Assembly (NCBI RefSeq): GCF_036365525.1
Contig: NC_090404.1
Location: 26,992,149-27,056,148 of the forward strand
DNA length: 64,000 bases
Direction of reading: 5' to 3'
From: Heterodontus francisci
Lineage: Eukaryota
Under the pieces are notes generated by a model. The model did not search any database. It had not been told where the DNA came from and was given only the letters and a program-made list of their open reading frames with translations. Below, in pieces: positions 10,548-23,729 of this stretch. Numbering within the stretch: the stretch's first letter is position 1; every line of letters begins with the position of its first letter. Position numbers and translations under genes: made by a program.

Positions 10548-13378
10548 CAAAGAACAAGAACAAAGAACAGTACATCACAGGAACAGGCCATTCGGCCCTC
10601 CAAGCCTGCGCCGATCTGGATGCCTTTCTAACTAAAACCTTCTGCACTTCCGGGGACCGTATCCCTCTATTCCCACCCTATTCATGTATTTGTCAAGATG
10701 CCTCTTAAACGTCGCTATCATACCTGCCTCCACCACCTCCCCCGGCAGCAAGTTCCAAGCACTCACCACCCTCTGTGTAAAGAACTTGCCTCGCACATCC
10801 GCTTTAAACTTTACCCCTCGCACCTTAAACCTATGTCCCCTAGTAACTGACTCTTACACCCTGGGAAAAAGCTTCTGACTATCCACTCTGTCCATGCCAC
10901 TCATAACTTTGTAAACCTCTATCATGTCGCCCCTTCACCTCCGTCGTTCCAGTGAAAACAATCCGAGTTTATCCAACCTCTCCTCATAGCTAATGCACTC
11001 TAACCCAGGCAACATCCTGGTAAATCTCTTCTGTACCCTCTCCAAAGCCTCCACGTCCTTCTGGTAGTGTGGCGACCAGAATTGCACACAATATTCTAAG
11101 TGTGGCCTAACAAAGGTTCTGTACAGCTGCAGCATGACTTGCCAATTTTTATACTCAATGCCCCGACCAATGAAGGCAAGCATGCTGTATGCCTTCATGA
11201 CTACCTTATCCACATGTATTGCCACTTTCAGTGACTTGTGGGGACCTGTATGCCCAGATCTCTCTGCCTGTCAATACTCCTAAGGGTTCTGCCATTTACT
11301 GTATACTTCCCACCTGCATTAGATCTTCCAAAATGCATTACCTCACATTTGTCTGGATTAAACTCCATCTGCCATTTCTCCACCCAAGACTCCCACTGAT
11401 CTACATCCTGTTGTATACTCTGACAATCCTCATCACTATCTGCAACTCCACCAAACTTTGTGTCGTCTGCAAACTTACTAATCAGACCAGCTACATTTTC
11501 CTCCAAACCATTTATATATACTACAAACAGCAAAGGTCCCAGCACGGTCCTTGCGGAACACCTCTAGTCACATCCCTCCATTCATAAAAGCACCCTTCCA
11601 CTGCTACCCTCTGACTTCTATGACTGAGCCAGTTCTGTATCCATCTTGCCAGCTCACCTCTGATTCCGTGTGACTTCACCTTTTGTACCAGTCTGCCATG
11701 AGGGACCTTGTCAAAGGCTTTACTGACAACATATAGACAACATCCACAGCCCTTCCTTCATCAATCATCTTCGTCACTTCCTCAAAAAACTCGATCAAGT
11801 TAGTGAGACACGATCTCCCCTTCACAAAACCATGCTGCCTCTCGCTAATAAGTTCATTTGTTTCCAAATGGGAGTAAATCCTGTCCCGAAGAATCCTCTC
11901 TAATAATTTCCCTACCATTGACATAAGGTTCACCGACCTATAATTTCCTGGAATATCCTTGCTACCCTTCTTAAACAAATGAACAACACTGGCTATTCTC
12001 CAGTCCTCTAGGACCTCACCAGTAGCCAATGAGGATGCAAAGATTTCTGTCAAGGCCCCAGCAAATTCAGCCCTTGCCTCTCTCAATAATCTGGGGTAGA
12101 TCCCATCAGGCCCTGGGGGCTGATCTACCTTAATGCTTTGCAAGACGCCCAACTGCTCCTCCTTTCTGGTAACGACATGACCCAGATTATCCACACTCCC
12201 TTCCTTAGACCCACCATCCACCAAGCCCTTCTCTTTGGTGAATACTGATGCAAAGTACTCATTTATTACCTCACCCATTTCCTCTGGCTCCACACATACA
12301 TTCCCTTCTCTGTCCTTGAGTGGGCCAACCCTTTCCCTGGTAACCCTCTTGCTCTTTTTTACGTATAAAAAGCCCTGGGATTCTCCTTAATCCTGTTTGC
12401 CAGTGACTTTTCATGACCCTTTTTAGCCCTCCTGACTCCTTGCTTAAGTTCCTTCCTACTTTCTTTATATTCCTCAAGGGCTTCATCTGTTCCCAGCCCT
12501 CTTGCCCTTACGAATGCTTCCTTTTGCTTTTTGACTGGGCTTACAATATCCCGTGTTATCCAAGGTTCCCGAAACTTGCCAAGCTTATCCATCATCCTCA
12601 CAGGAACATGTCTGTCCTGGATTCTAATCAACGAACGTTTGAAAGACTCCCACATGTCAGATGTTGGTTTACCCTCAAACGGCTGCCCCAAATCTAAATT
12701 CTTCAGTTCCTGCCTAATATTGTTATAATTAGCCTTCCCCAATTAAGCACCTTCACCCGAGGACTACTCTTATCCTTATCCACAAGTACCTTAAAACTTA
12801 CGGAATTATGGTCACTGTTCCCGAAATGCTCCCCTACTGAGACTTCGACCACCTGGCCGGGCTCATTCCCTAATACCAGGTCTATGTGCATATCGTTTCA
12901 AGAAGCTCTCCTGAATGCTCCTTGCAAATTTTGCCCCATCCAAGCCCTTAGCACTAATTGAGTCCCAGTCAATATTGGGGAAGGTAAAATCACCCACCAC
13001 TACAACCCTGTTACCTTTACATCTTTCCAAAATCTGTCTACATATCTGCTCCTCTACCTCCCACTGGCTATTGGGAGGCCTATAGTAAACCCCCAACATC
13101 GTGACTGCACCCTTCCTATTCCTGAGCTTCTCCCATATTGCCTCGCTACATGACCCCTCCGAGGTGTCCTCCCGCAGTACAGTTGTGATATTCTCCTTAA
13201 ACAGTAATGCAACTCCCCCACCCCTTTTACATGCCCCTCTATCCCACTTGAAGCTTCGAAATCCTGGAACATTTAGCTGCCAATCCAGTCCTTCCCTCAA
13301 CCAAGTCTCTGTAATAGCAACAACATCATTGTTCCAAGTACTAATCCAAGCTCTACGTTCATCTGCCTTACCTGTTAT
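10548..13378 (-). mobile_element. 5'-truncated CR1 LINE (HER1-like) ORF2, endonuclease plus RT, frameshifted
   Basis: ORF pieces with ITETWL, VVGDF.FP, PGPDGIYPR, QHGFVKGRSCLTNL, KFADDTK and RPHLEYC. (TTCTTTG)n tail at 10548-10570. Possible ATACAA TSD at 10545 and 13377. Confidence 0.92.
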
Positions 13379-13442
13379 ACAATTAACATTGTTAAAAGTA
13401 TTGGACCCGAGCGCCTGCAGTGACGGATAAACTGAGCAATTG

Positions 13443-13900
13443 TTATAAATGACCGAATCTCTCCCCACCCACGGACCATTTAAATGTCTTCACTCCCTTG
13501 TGAATATACTGGGGTGTATGCAGATGGGAAGAATGTTTGATTACCATCCCACATCCAGAGCAGGTGAATGCCTCTCCCAGTGTGACTGTGTCGAAGAATA
13601 TCCAAATAAGGCGGGTAATTGAATCCCTTCTCACAGTCCCGATATTTCTATGGTTTCTCCATGGCGCAGCTGTACGTGTATCTCTCCACGTTGTACAATC
13701 ATTTGAAGCTTCGTCCACACACAGAAAGCTTGTAGGGATTTGCTCTATTATGAATGGTATGCTTTTTCTCAGACTGTGCAACTGGTTAAAACTCTTTCCG
13801 CAGTCAGTGCACTGGAACATTCTCACTAGGGTGCATGTTGTCTCAGAGCTCTTCCAGTCACAATAATCTTTCCCCAAAGACAGAACAGACAGTTTTCCTC
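13443..13900 (-). pseudogene. Decayed C2H2 zinc-finger array fragment
   Basis: FQCTDCGKSFNQLHSL and FTCSGCG...HSSHLHTPQYIHKG; frameshifted. Confidence 0.75.
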
Positions 13901-14249
13901 TTTGCCCTTTTCAGTAGTACACTCAGGAACCCCTCCCTCTGCTTTCCCAGAAGGAGCTGTTATGAAGGAACATAGGAACGAAAGGAGGCCATTTAGCCCC
14001 TCAAGCCGGTTCCAGTTTCAGTTGGAGAATGGACGATCAGAATATTAACTCCATTTACACACCTTGTTTGCTAACCCTTCATATCCTTGCTGAACCAAAT
14101 GTTCATCAATCGCAGAGTTCAAAATTTTAATTGAGCACCAGACTCAGCAGCTGTTTGGAGAGGGGATTCCAAAAATCCACTGCCATTTTTGTGAAGCAGT
14201 CATAGAGTCTTAGGGTTATACAGCACAGAAAATGGCCCTCCGTTGTTTA

Positions 14250-14682
14250 GTGCAGCACTTACCTTTAGCTCAGAGTCAGCGGCTCTCTTTGCCTCCTCGT
14301 CTGCTCTTCCGTTCCTCTCCTGGATTTCCTTATCGACCTTCTGGTGAGCTTTTAATCATAACTGATGCTTCCTTCGGTAACCTGGCTTCTTCTATAAAAT
14401 TCTGTATGATCTGCTCGTGTTTAATAGGATGCCCCGATGAGGTATTAAAGCCCCGTCTTCCCAAGGCTCAATATAATAGTGCACGACCCAGAAGGCATAC
14501 CTACTGTCGATGGATACATTTACTCTCTTTCCTTCTGCATATCTCAGGACCTCCGTGAGTGCGAACAATTCGGCGCTGTCTAACTGTGCCACGAGGATCA
14601 TTTTTGTGCTCCCGCCTCCAACCGGCCACCTTCGGATCCAATCCACGTACCTTCTGGATCCGTCCACAAACAAGTCCAAGCC
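14250..14682 (-). mobile_element. Endogenous retrovirus pol (RNase H) remnant
   Basis: DLFVDGSR...SAELFALTEVLRYAEGKRVNVSIDSRYAFWVVH matches retroviral RNase H motifs. Confidence 0.75.
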
Positions 14683-14777
14683 TGTTTAGTGTGAGAAGAA
14701 AGTATGTGGGAAAAATGTGCTGAAGACCAAAATGAGGAGCAGTGTGGGTAACCCAACCTATAAAAAATAGAGTGCCG

Positions 14778-14848
14778 GCCTTGGTGGTCCAGTGGTTACG
14801 ATGCAACGCTTTTACTGCTTGGCCCGGGTTCGATTCCCGGCCAGGAAA
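14778..14848 (+). pseudogene. tRNA-Glu pseudogene
   Basis: GCCTTGGTGGTCCAGTGGTTACG...GGTTCGATTCCCGGCCAGG. The A and B boxes remain but the anticodon arm is destroyed. Confidence 0.8.
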
Positions 14849-15808
14849 CAAAGTTTCTTGTTTGGCATGGGAACGTTTAACACCATTACTTCCTTTAAAA
14901 CTCCTGGATGAAGGCCATCTAGTTCAGGTCTAACAATTGTATTTATTTATTTTATTTTTTATTTATTTATTTGTTTATCGATACATCACAGAAACAGGCC
15001 CTTTGGCCCACCGAGCCTGTGCAGACCATCAACCACCCATCGATACTAACCGTACATTAATCCCATATTCCTACCATATCCCCACCTTCCCTCATTTCCA
15101 CTACAACCAACCTATATTAGGGGCAATTTATAATGGCCAATTTTCCCATCAAACTGCAAGTCTTTGGCTGTGGGAGGAAACCGGAGCACCCAGCAGTTTT
15201 ATCTGATGATGGTGAATGCTTTAATTTCCTCCCTCAGTTTCACTTAATGATTTTCAACTATCTTTGGCAGCTTTTCTAAGACATGTACAGTAAAATCAGA
15301 TACTTACTAATAATGTTCACTGCAAAACCTACTGCTTCTCAATGTCCTGCATCTTTCATTGCTTTCCAGATAAAGCTGGAATTCATGATTCGATGTGTTT
15401 GCATCAAGCAGCTAATTCACCTGGGAACTGGAGGAGCCGAGGGAGCTGGAGAAAGAGCAGTGATAGAAGCAGAAGTAAATGTTCCCTGAAAATGGCTGAA
15501 CTTGATGTGTGTCAGTTGTTTCAATTGAGCTATGACAACTGTGCATTGCCTTGCACATTCACAGGAGCCACGCAGATCCAGTTTGTCCGTTGTGCAAATT
15601 GAAACGTGACCGTCCACAGATTGTGTGACTGTTTCAGCTCAGTGCGCATTTCATGTTCACTTGGCACTGACATTGGTTGAGCAGGACTTCTGTATTGTGA
15701 TTTAATATACTGTTTTGTGTGAGAAGAAATTCAGTGTGCAATGTGCTCTGAAGTGAAGAATGAGAAACAGTGTGGATGACCTAACTAACAGAGCGAGATA
15801 GTTCAGCG

Positions 15809-15880
15809 TCCCTGGTGGTCTAGTGGTTAGGATTTGGCGCTTTCACCACTGCGGCCCGGGTTCGATTCCCGGTCAGGGAA
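15809..15880 (+). tRNA. tRNA-Glu(TTC) with a weakened anticodon stem (possible pseudo-tRNA)
   Basis: 72 nt TCCCTGGTGGTCTAGTGGTTAGGATTTGGCGCTTTCACCACTGCGGCCCGGGTTCGATTCCCGGTCAGGGAA. Stem TGGCG/CACTG has one C-A mismatch and two G-U pairs. Confidence 0.85.
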
Positions 15881-17465
15881 CACAGTTTCTTGTTTAGCAG
15901 GGGAACGTTTACCACCATTACTTCTTTGGCGAATCAAAACAGACAATGTCCGGGCCCGGCTGAGTCTGTGGACTCAGAAATACAATTCAAGCTCCAGGTC
16001 GCTCTTGATTCGACAGAGCTGAACTTGTCAGAGTTGCAAAAGATTGCTAACAATTGCAGACACAGCTTGGGGCATTAAAGAAAACAAGGGAAGAACTGCG
16101 GAGTTTTGCAAGACACAGCAACATAATGACTGCAGGGACGATGATGCAAAGAAAAGGTGGATGATAACGGGGCAGCATTTTGTGCCTGCTGTTCAAACCG
16201 CTACTATTTGCTCCCAGATCAACAAAACGGAGCCGCTCTATCATAGAAGCACGCCAGGTGCAATGGCCTCTCCCAGTGCAGTACCTTTCTGTAATTGTTT
16301 GTTTGTTTGTCCCATGCTGGTTTTCCAAATAGCCTGCTATAATCTCCATAATAATCAATTCTTGTAATTTCCCTTTGCCAGTTATTAGGATAACTGCCCT
16401 ATACTTTCCTGATTTCTGTCCCTGTCATTTCATGAATAATGAAATTACATGTGCTGTTTCCCAGTCCACTGGGGCCTACCTGAATCTAAGTAGTTTTGGA
16501 AGATTATAAACAAAGCCTCAACTATTTCTGCAGCCACTTCCTTTAAAACTCTAGGATGCAGGCCATCTGGTTCTGGGGACTTGTCAGCCTTCAGGTCTAA
16601 CAATTGTATTTATTTATTTTATTTTATTTATTTATTTGTTTATGGATACATCACTGAAACAGGCCCTTCGGCCCACCGAGTCTGTGCCGACCATCAACCA
16701 CCCATTGATACTAACCGTACATTAATCCCATATTCGTACCATAACTCCACTTTCCCTCATTTCCCCTACAACCTAACTATATTAGGGGCAATTTATAAAG
16801 GCCAACTTGCCTATCGCCCTGCAAGTCTTTGGCTGTGGGAGGAAACCCAACAGTTTTATCTGATAATGGTGAATGCTTTAATTTCCTCCCTCAGTTTCAC
16901 TTAATGATTTTCAACTATCCTTGGCAGCTTTTCTAAGACATGTATAGTAAAAACAGATACTTAGTAATAATGTTCGCTGCAAAACCTACTGCTTCTCAAT
17001 GTCCTGCATCTTTCATTGCTTTCCAAATAAAGCTGGAATTCATGATTCGATATGTTTGCATCAAGCAGCTAATTCACCTGGGAACTGGAGGAGCCGAGGG
17101 AGCTGGAGAAAGAGCAGTGATAGAAGCAGAAGTAAATGTTCCCTGAAAATGGCTGAACTTGATGTGTGTCAGTTGTTTCAATTGAGCTATGACAACTGTG
17201 CATTGCCTTGCACATTCACAGGAGCCACGCAGATCCGGTTTGTATGTTGTGCAAATTGAAACGTGACCGTCCACAGATTGTGTGACTGTTTCAGCTCAGT
17301 GCGCATTTCATGTTCACTTGGCGCTGACATTGGTTGAGCAGGACTTCTGTATTGTGATTTAATATACTGTTTTGTGTGAGAAGAAATTCAGTGTGCAATG
17401 TGCTCTGAAGTGAAGAATGAGAAACAGTGTGGATGACCTAACTTACAGAGAGAGGTAGTTCAGCG

Positions 17466-17537
17466 TCCCTGGTGGTCTAGTGGTTAGGATTCGGCGCTTT
17501 CACCACTGCGGCCCGGGTTCGATTCCCGGCCAGGGAG
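17466..17537 (+). tRNA. tRNA-Glu(TTC) with one anticodon-stem mismatch
   Basis: 72 nt TCCCTGGTGGTCTAGTGGTTAGGATTCGGCGCTTTCACCACTGCGGCCCGGGTTCGATTCCCGGCCAGGGAG. Stem CGGCG/CACTG; discriminator base is G. Confidence 0.85.
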
Positions 17538-19147
17538 TGATGTTTCTTGTTTGGCAGGGGAACGTTTACCACCATTGCTTCTTTGGCGAATCAAAGCAGA
17601 CAATGTCCGGGCCCGGCTGAGTCTGTGGACTCAGAAATACAATTCAAGCTCCAGGTCGCTCTTGATTCGACAGAGCTGAACTTGTCAGAGTTGCAAAAGA
17701 TCGCTAACAATTGCAGACACAGCTTGGGGCATTAAAGAAAACAAGGGAAGAGCTGCGGAGTTTTGCAAGACACAGCAACATAATGACTGCAGGGACGATG
17801 ATGCAAAGAAAAGGTGGATGATGACGGGGCAGCATTTTGTGCCTGCTGTTCAAACCGCTACTATTTGCTCCCAGATCAACCAAACGGAGCTGCTCTATCA
17901 TAGAAGCACGCCAGGTGCAATTGCCTCTCCCTGTGCAGTACCTTTCTGTAATTGTTTGTTTGTCAACACCAGTGCATAGTCCCATGCTGGTTTTCCAAAT
18001 AGCCTGCTTTAATCTCCATAATAATCAATTCTTGTACTTTCCCTTTGCCAGTTATTAGGATAACTGCCCTATACTTTCCTGATTTCTGTCCCTGTCATTT
18101 CATGAATAATGAAATTACATGTGCTGTTTCCCAGTCCACTGGGACCTTCCAGAATCTAAGTAGTTTTGGAAGATTATAAACAAAGCCTCAACTATCTCTG
18201 CAGCCACTTCCTTTAAAACTCTAGGATGCAGGCCATCTGGTTCTGGGGACTTGTCAGCCTTCAGGTCTAACAATTGTATTTATTTATTTTATTTTTATTT
18301 ATTTATTTGTTTATGGATACATCACGGAAACAGGCCCTTCGGCCCACCGAGTCTGTGCCGACCATCAACCACCCATTTATACTAATCCTGCATTAATCCC
18401 ATATTCCTCCCATATCCCCACCTTCCCTCATTTCCCCTACAACCTACGTATACTAGGGGCAATTTATAATGGCCAATTTGCCTATCAACCTGCAAGTCTT
18501 TGGCTGTGGGAGGAAACCGGAGCACCCAGCAGCTTTTATCTGATAATGGTGAATGCTTTAATTTCCTCCCTCTGTTTCACTTAATGATTTTCAACTATCT
18601 TTGGCAGCTTTTCTAAGACATGTATAGTAAAAACAGACACTTACTAATAATGTTAGCTGCAAACCACTGCTGCTCAATGTCCTGCATCTTTCATTGCACA
18701 CCCTGCTTTCCAGATAAAGCTGGAATTCATGATTCGATGTGTTTGCATCAAGCAGCTAATTCACCTGGGAACTGGAGGAGCCGAGGGAGCTGGAGAAAGA
18801 GCAGTGATAGAAGCTGAAGCAAATGTTACCTGAAAATGGCTGAATTTGATGTGTGCCAGTTGTTTCAATTGAGCTATGACAACTGTGCATTGCCTTTGAC
18901 ATTCACAGGAGCAACGCGGATCCGGTTTGTACGTTGTGAAAATTGAAACGTGACCGTCCACAGCTTGTGTGACTGTTTCAGCTCTGTGCGCATTTCATGT
19001 TCACTTGGCGCTGACATTGGTGGAGCAGGACTTCTGTATTGTGATTTAATATACTGTTTTGTGTGAGAAGAAATTCAGTGTACAAAGTGCTCTGAAGTGA
19101 CCAATGAGAAACAGTGTGGATGACCTCACCTACAGAGGGGCTCACGC

Positions 19148-19191
19148 AGCGTTTTCACCACTGCAGCCCGGTTTGATTCCCGGCCAGAGAA
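19148..19191 (+). pseudogene. tRNA-Glu pseudogene with the 5' half deleted
   Basis: Leader CAGCG is joined directly to TTTTCACCACTGCAGCCCGGTTTGATTCCCGGCCAGAGAA. Confidence 0.75.
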
Positions 19192-19363
19192 CAAAGTTTC
19201 CTGTTTGGCATGAAAACGTTTACCACCATTACTTCTTTGGCGAAACATAGCAGAGAATGTTTGGACCCTCGAGCAGTGTCTGTGGACTCAGAAATACAAT
19301 TAAAGCTCCAGGTCGCTCTTGATTTGGCAGAGCTGAACTAGTCAGAGTTGCAAAAGATCGATA

Positions 19364-20240
19364 GTGGCGAATGCGATCCTGTCCCGTGGAAGGTGCTGTC
19401 TCTCCAGATGTATCACTCCGTCCATGGCTTTGATGGATCTCCTGTTCATTATCACTGCCGTGATGTTGGACCGGATTCCTAGTAATCACATTCCAGGTAG
19501 CATCCTGGCCTTTACTTCCATGTGCAGTCTCAGGATTAGGTTCATTTATGCATCCAGAGACTCTACCATCTTGTTAACGGCCAATTTCACCTTTGATCGA
19601 TTTGAAGTAATTTGTTGTCGGAGCCAGAAACAAAATATTGCACTGAAAAAATGGTGGCTGTGATTATTGGAACGACCTGAACGTCCGTTGGGTTATTTAA
19701 TCAATATACCATGGTATTTTATGCACGAAGCGATCTACATAACTGAAAATGTCTGGTAATATTGCAGACTGAAAGATTTGCATTTTACTCTACGAATAGC
19801 GTCAGGTTTTCAATGGACTGACACGATTTCAACCCCTTTCTTTATGATTCTTTTGCTCAATGCTCTGACCTTCAGACTTAATCTAGCTTCCCATAAAACA
19901 CACAACAAACTCCAGCCACAGTAAAGAATGGAATCCAAGTGACGCATTGATGGAAAGCCAGAGGAAATCCATCCATTTACTCTTTGCCATGTCAAGCAGT
20001 GTCATCTTCATGTAGATGATATACGCTTGCAGCAACATTGCTTTGATTCTAATCGTTCTTCTCTTGGGAAGTGGAGTACAAGATTTCCACAGCTTCAGCA
20101 CTTTAAATCAAGCATTTATTGTGGACTTAAATCATGACACGGCAGAAAGCGAAAACGTCACATATGAGCTTGTACGAGTAATTATTCACATGCAGCCCAA
20201 CAACTACTGTTGTGATGAACACGTTTATACACCCAATTCT
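19364..20240 (+). pseudogene. Decayed GPR139-like GPCR exon 2, opposite orientation and divergent subfamily
   Basis: ILSRGRCCLSRCIT...FTFDRFEVICC, then frameshifted remnants of ILLLNALT, RKSI.LLFAMS and MNTFI. Confidence 0.88.
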
Positions 20241-20242
20241 TA

Positions 20243-20460
20243 ATTTTTTATTCTTTCATGGGATGCTGGTTAGGCCAGCATTTATTATCCATCCCTAATT
20301 GCCCTTGCGAAGGTGCTGGTGAGCCACTTTCTTGAACTGCCACTGTCCAGTTGGTGTCGGTACACCCATAGTGCTGTTAGGAAACGAGTTCCATAAATTT
20401 GACCCGTCGACAGTGAAGGAATGGCAATATATTTCCAAGCCAAGATGGTGTGTGGCTGGT
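20243..20460 (-). mobile_element. 3' tail fragment of the L2/CR1-group LINE
   Basis: Similar to 34520-34750 and the reverse complement of 7660-7880. Confidence 0.7.
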
Positions 20461-20954
20461 GTTGATTCAGCTCATTCTATTGGTAACATCAATTTATTGT
20501 ATGTTTAGAAACAAGGCTGCAACTGAACAATGCTGTTGCACAGGCTAATATGACTGCAAATTTTAAGCAGATATCTCCTGGCAAAATAACCGAGAGAAGA
20601 AGCTGGAAAGTGTGGGAATGTGAGTTCATACCACCTATGTATCTCAATGTACATCGTTGTTTATAGGACTAGCACATGATGAGGTAAAACAGCTTTCAAT
20701 TCAGCTGAACTGGGATGCTGTGCAAAGGATCAGAAGCTGACGGAATGGGAAGGTCACTGTTCCATGTTTTGAGGTCTTGGACATGTTGGTGTGGTCATTC
20801 TTTATGGTAATAAAGTGACTGAAGAACCTAAGTGGATCATATGACCGTGGTAACATAATTATTCGGAGAGATTGAAATGAACTTTGATATTCTTTGAAGC
20901 ATGCTTCTATTTAATTGTGTGTATTTATTTCAATATTTATAATCCTAGGTTAGA

Positions 20955-21165
20955 TGCTAGGACTCTCAGTTCGAGAGTCATCGGCTTGAAAACCCACTGA
21001 GGACTCTAGTCCACAGTCTATGTTGCCATTATGAAGCATTGAGGGAGTGCTACAGTACGGGAAATGTAGTTCTTACATGAGACGTTAAACTGATGCACCA
21101 GTTTGGTAGTTGGGATGGAAATTAAGAATTGCATTGAAGAAGAATCAGAGGTCTCCTTGTATCTT
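20955..21165 (+). mobile_element. Deu-domain SINE remnant (SacSINE1-like)
   Basis: TGAGGGAGTGCT...ATGAGACGTTAAAC resembles the Deu central domain (from recalled consensus). Confidence 0.55.
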
Positions 21166-22269
21166 CTTGACTACATGTGAACTAGCTTTGTGATTCTTTT
21201 AATATTTTGTACTTTATTGTTCCTATGCATGGAATGTAGAGATGAAAAGGTGGGATTGGTATAAGTGTTTTGAGCAAGCCACTGTTTGCTGTAGTCAGGC
21301 TGCAATTATAAAGCATAGCAGCTAGGTGCTTATAGTGAATCGTGAACTTAATAATAATGAATCAAATAATCATAAGAAATCGTACTGTATGATTTCCCTG
21401 AGTACTCATGTTGAGTTGTGCAATATGAATTAGTTAAGGACAAAGATCTGATTCTGCTGTTGTTATAATTGATGTCTCTTTTTAAAGTAGCAAAATAAAA
21501 TAGAACAGGAAAGTACTCCATCAGTAATCACTGGGGTTTTCTTCGTTACCACGAATTAAAATGTTATTATTTACAGTGTGAGTGATTCTGAGCAATTGCA
21601 TTCCTCACTATTGCAAAGAGCAGTTTTTTTTTTCTCGGAGCAGCTCCCAGTAATTGGCATCAGTAGCGAACAGTGTTCGGTCATTATCGTGAGTAAATAA
21701 GTAGGTAAGCAATCCCACGGCCGCTCATTTACAAATAGATGAAACTCCCAGTGGGCCAAGAATCGGCAATGAGCCAATATTTTTAACATAGTTGAAAAGT
21801 GTTTTCTGGCAGGAAGGTGAGCGGTTGACAATATATATATTTATTCAATCCGATGACATAGAGAATATGTATGATTATATAGTTATACATATATAGATAC
21901 CACTGTAATCTAATGAATTACCTTGTTGCTATTGCAAATCCAAAAAAACAGCATTATAAATTGTAAATGCAATTTACTTTAGTTAGAATAATAGAAACTG
22001 ATAGCGGTGAAGAAGGTGACTCACGTTGTGCTTTTTGACCAAACTGTCCAATTTAGTCCAATCCAGCTTTTCCCCACCATAACCCTGAAAATTAGTTCTT
22101 TTCCAGTCAGACTTCCTTTTGAGAGTTCGTACAGAAACTGATTTCACCACCCTGTTAGGTGGTGCATTCCAGAACTAACATCTTATCTACTTTTGCACAG
22201 ATCCAATTCTGACTGTCAGCGTCAAAACCAATTTAGGAGCAATTGTGCAACTGAGATCGAACATTGATG

Positions 22270-22365
22270 ATCAAAACAGAAAATATTGGAAATGCTCAGC
22301 AGGTCAGGTGGCATCTGTGGAGAGAGAAACAAAGTTAACGTTTCAGATCATTAACCTTTGATCAT
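22270..22365 (-). mobile_element. Penelope-like 3' terminal fragment with a degenerate hammerhead motif
   Basis: Reverse complement of the GAAACGTTAACT...CTCTCCACAGATGC...ACCTGCTGAG tail. Confidence 0.6.
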
Positions 22366-22623
22366 AGCCGCCCTTTAAATGCAAGGTAATGTTGCTGCTA
22401 TTATAGAATCATTTGACAGCATAACATAGAAGGAGGCTGGTCGCCCGTCATGTCTGTCTCAGCTCTTTTGAAGAGCTCTCCAGTTATTTCCACTCTCCTG
22501 TCCTTTCCCCATATCCCTCCAGTTTTTAAGGCTATTGTTGAATTTGAATCCAGCACACTATCAAGTAGCGTGTCGATGTTCTTAACAACTCATTGTGGAA
22601 GAAGGTTTGATTTTCTCTCGTGT

Positions 22624-23690
22624 TGTTACAAGAGGTTTATCTTTGTGCTAAAGTCGTAGAATACTGTGTGTTTTAAAAAAAACGAAAATAAAAAGATTTT
22701 CAGTGCACTTTGGCACCTGCAAATAGCTGCAAATAGCTACAATTTTTGGATGTTGATTTTTTTTTAGAATAATCGGAAAGGAAGCAGTTTCAAGAAATCG
22801 AGCCAGAGGTTTGATCTTCTCAAAGCAACACTTTGAATGACAGTGACGAAACAGTGTCTGGTCACGTGATCGGATCACGAAGGCTTTTTGCTTTCACTTT
22901 GGACTTTTAAAAAAGCAGTGAGTTGGGCAAAGAGCAGGCATTTTGAAACTTAGATCTGACATGCCTGGAGACCCAGAAAAAGACTTTTCTGCAAACGGAA
23001 CTGGCATCTCTTGAAAAGAAATCCTGCATTTAAAAGGTGGCCGATTTCTATTGCCTCCTGTCTCTGACGAATTCCTGCATCCGTGCGATTCCTGTTGCCT
23101 CCTGTGATTTGGTAAATCCTGGAACCTGAACAAAGCTGCTACTTCTGTGCTAATGCTAAGACTCCCGAGCAGCCAGGTTGCTGCACCCTGCTGAAAGACC
23201 TGTGTGACGCCTGCTGTAGTCGAATTGCCCTTAATGCCTACCCATCAAAGACTGTTCATCAATCTCGCCTGGCGAGATTTTGAATGGCATCCTACTATTC
23301 GACTCTTGAACGCCTCACCATACCGAAAACATGCTACCAGAACGTGACAAACTGCTTTTTTTTAATTATTCCTTCTATTCTTAAGAAACATCTGTAAACC
23401 AAAATCCTTTTTCACCCCGTTAACCGGGTTTCTTTTTGAATGAATGTATGCTTTTCATATATATATATATGTAGATTAATCTCATTAGTAGTTAAGACTT
23501 ATTTTTTTATTTTTTAATAAATAGTTATTGTTTTTTAAAGTAACCTGGTTTGGTGTGCTTTATTCTGGGGGACCAATAGAGTGTTTAATTTGGCTATTCA
23601 TTGGTAGGTGGGAAACTGTATTCATATGCTGTGATCTGTGGCATATTGGGACTGAATTATCAGTGAATTTCCCCCGCCTTGGTCGTAACA
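22624..23690 (+). mobile_element. Solo LTR (Gypsy-type)
   Basis: TGTTAC...GTAACA termini, GTGT/ATGT 4-bp flanks, AATAAA near 23516. Homologous to 47119-49705. Confidence 0.8.
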
Positions 23691-23729
23691 ATGTCAACAA
23701 CTTTAGGGGAGGAGAGAAAATGGAAATAG

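Larger units (their letters stand above)
14683..19345 (+). repeat. Tandem array of ~1.66-kb units, each with tRNA-Glu, a CR1 fragment and a truncated V-SINE (4 copies; first and last partial)
   Basis: Recurrent ORF translations at 15283/16940/18620 and 15417/17074/18761 (offsets about 1657 and 1680-1687). Confidence 0.92.

Noticed and set aside
15283-18961. Recurrent short ORFs in the tRNA repeat units
   Set aside because: They recur only because of tandem duplication. Frames break between copies and no domains are recognisable.
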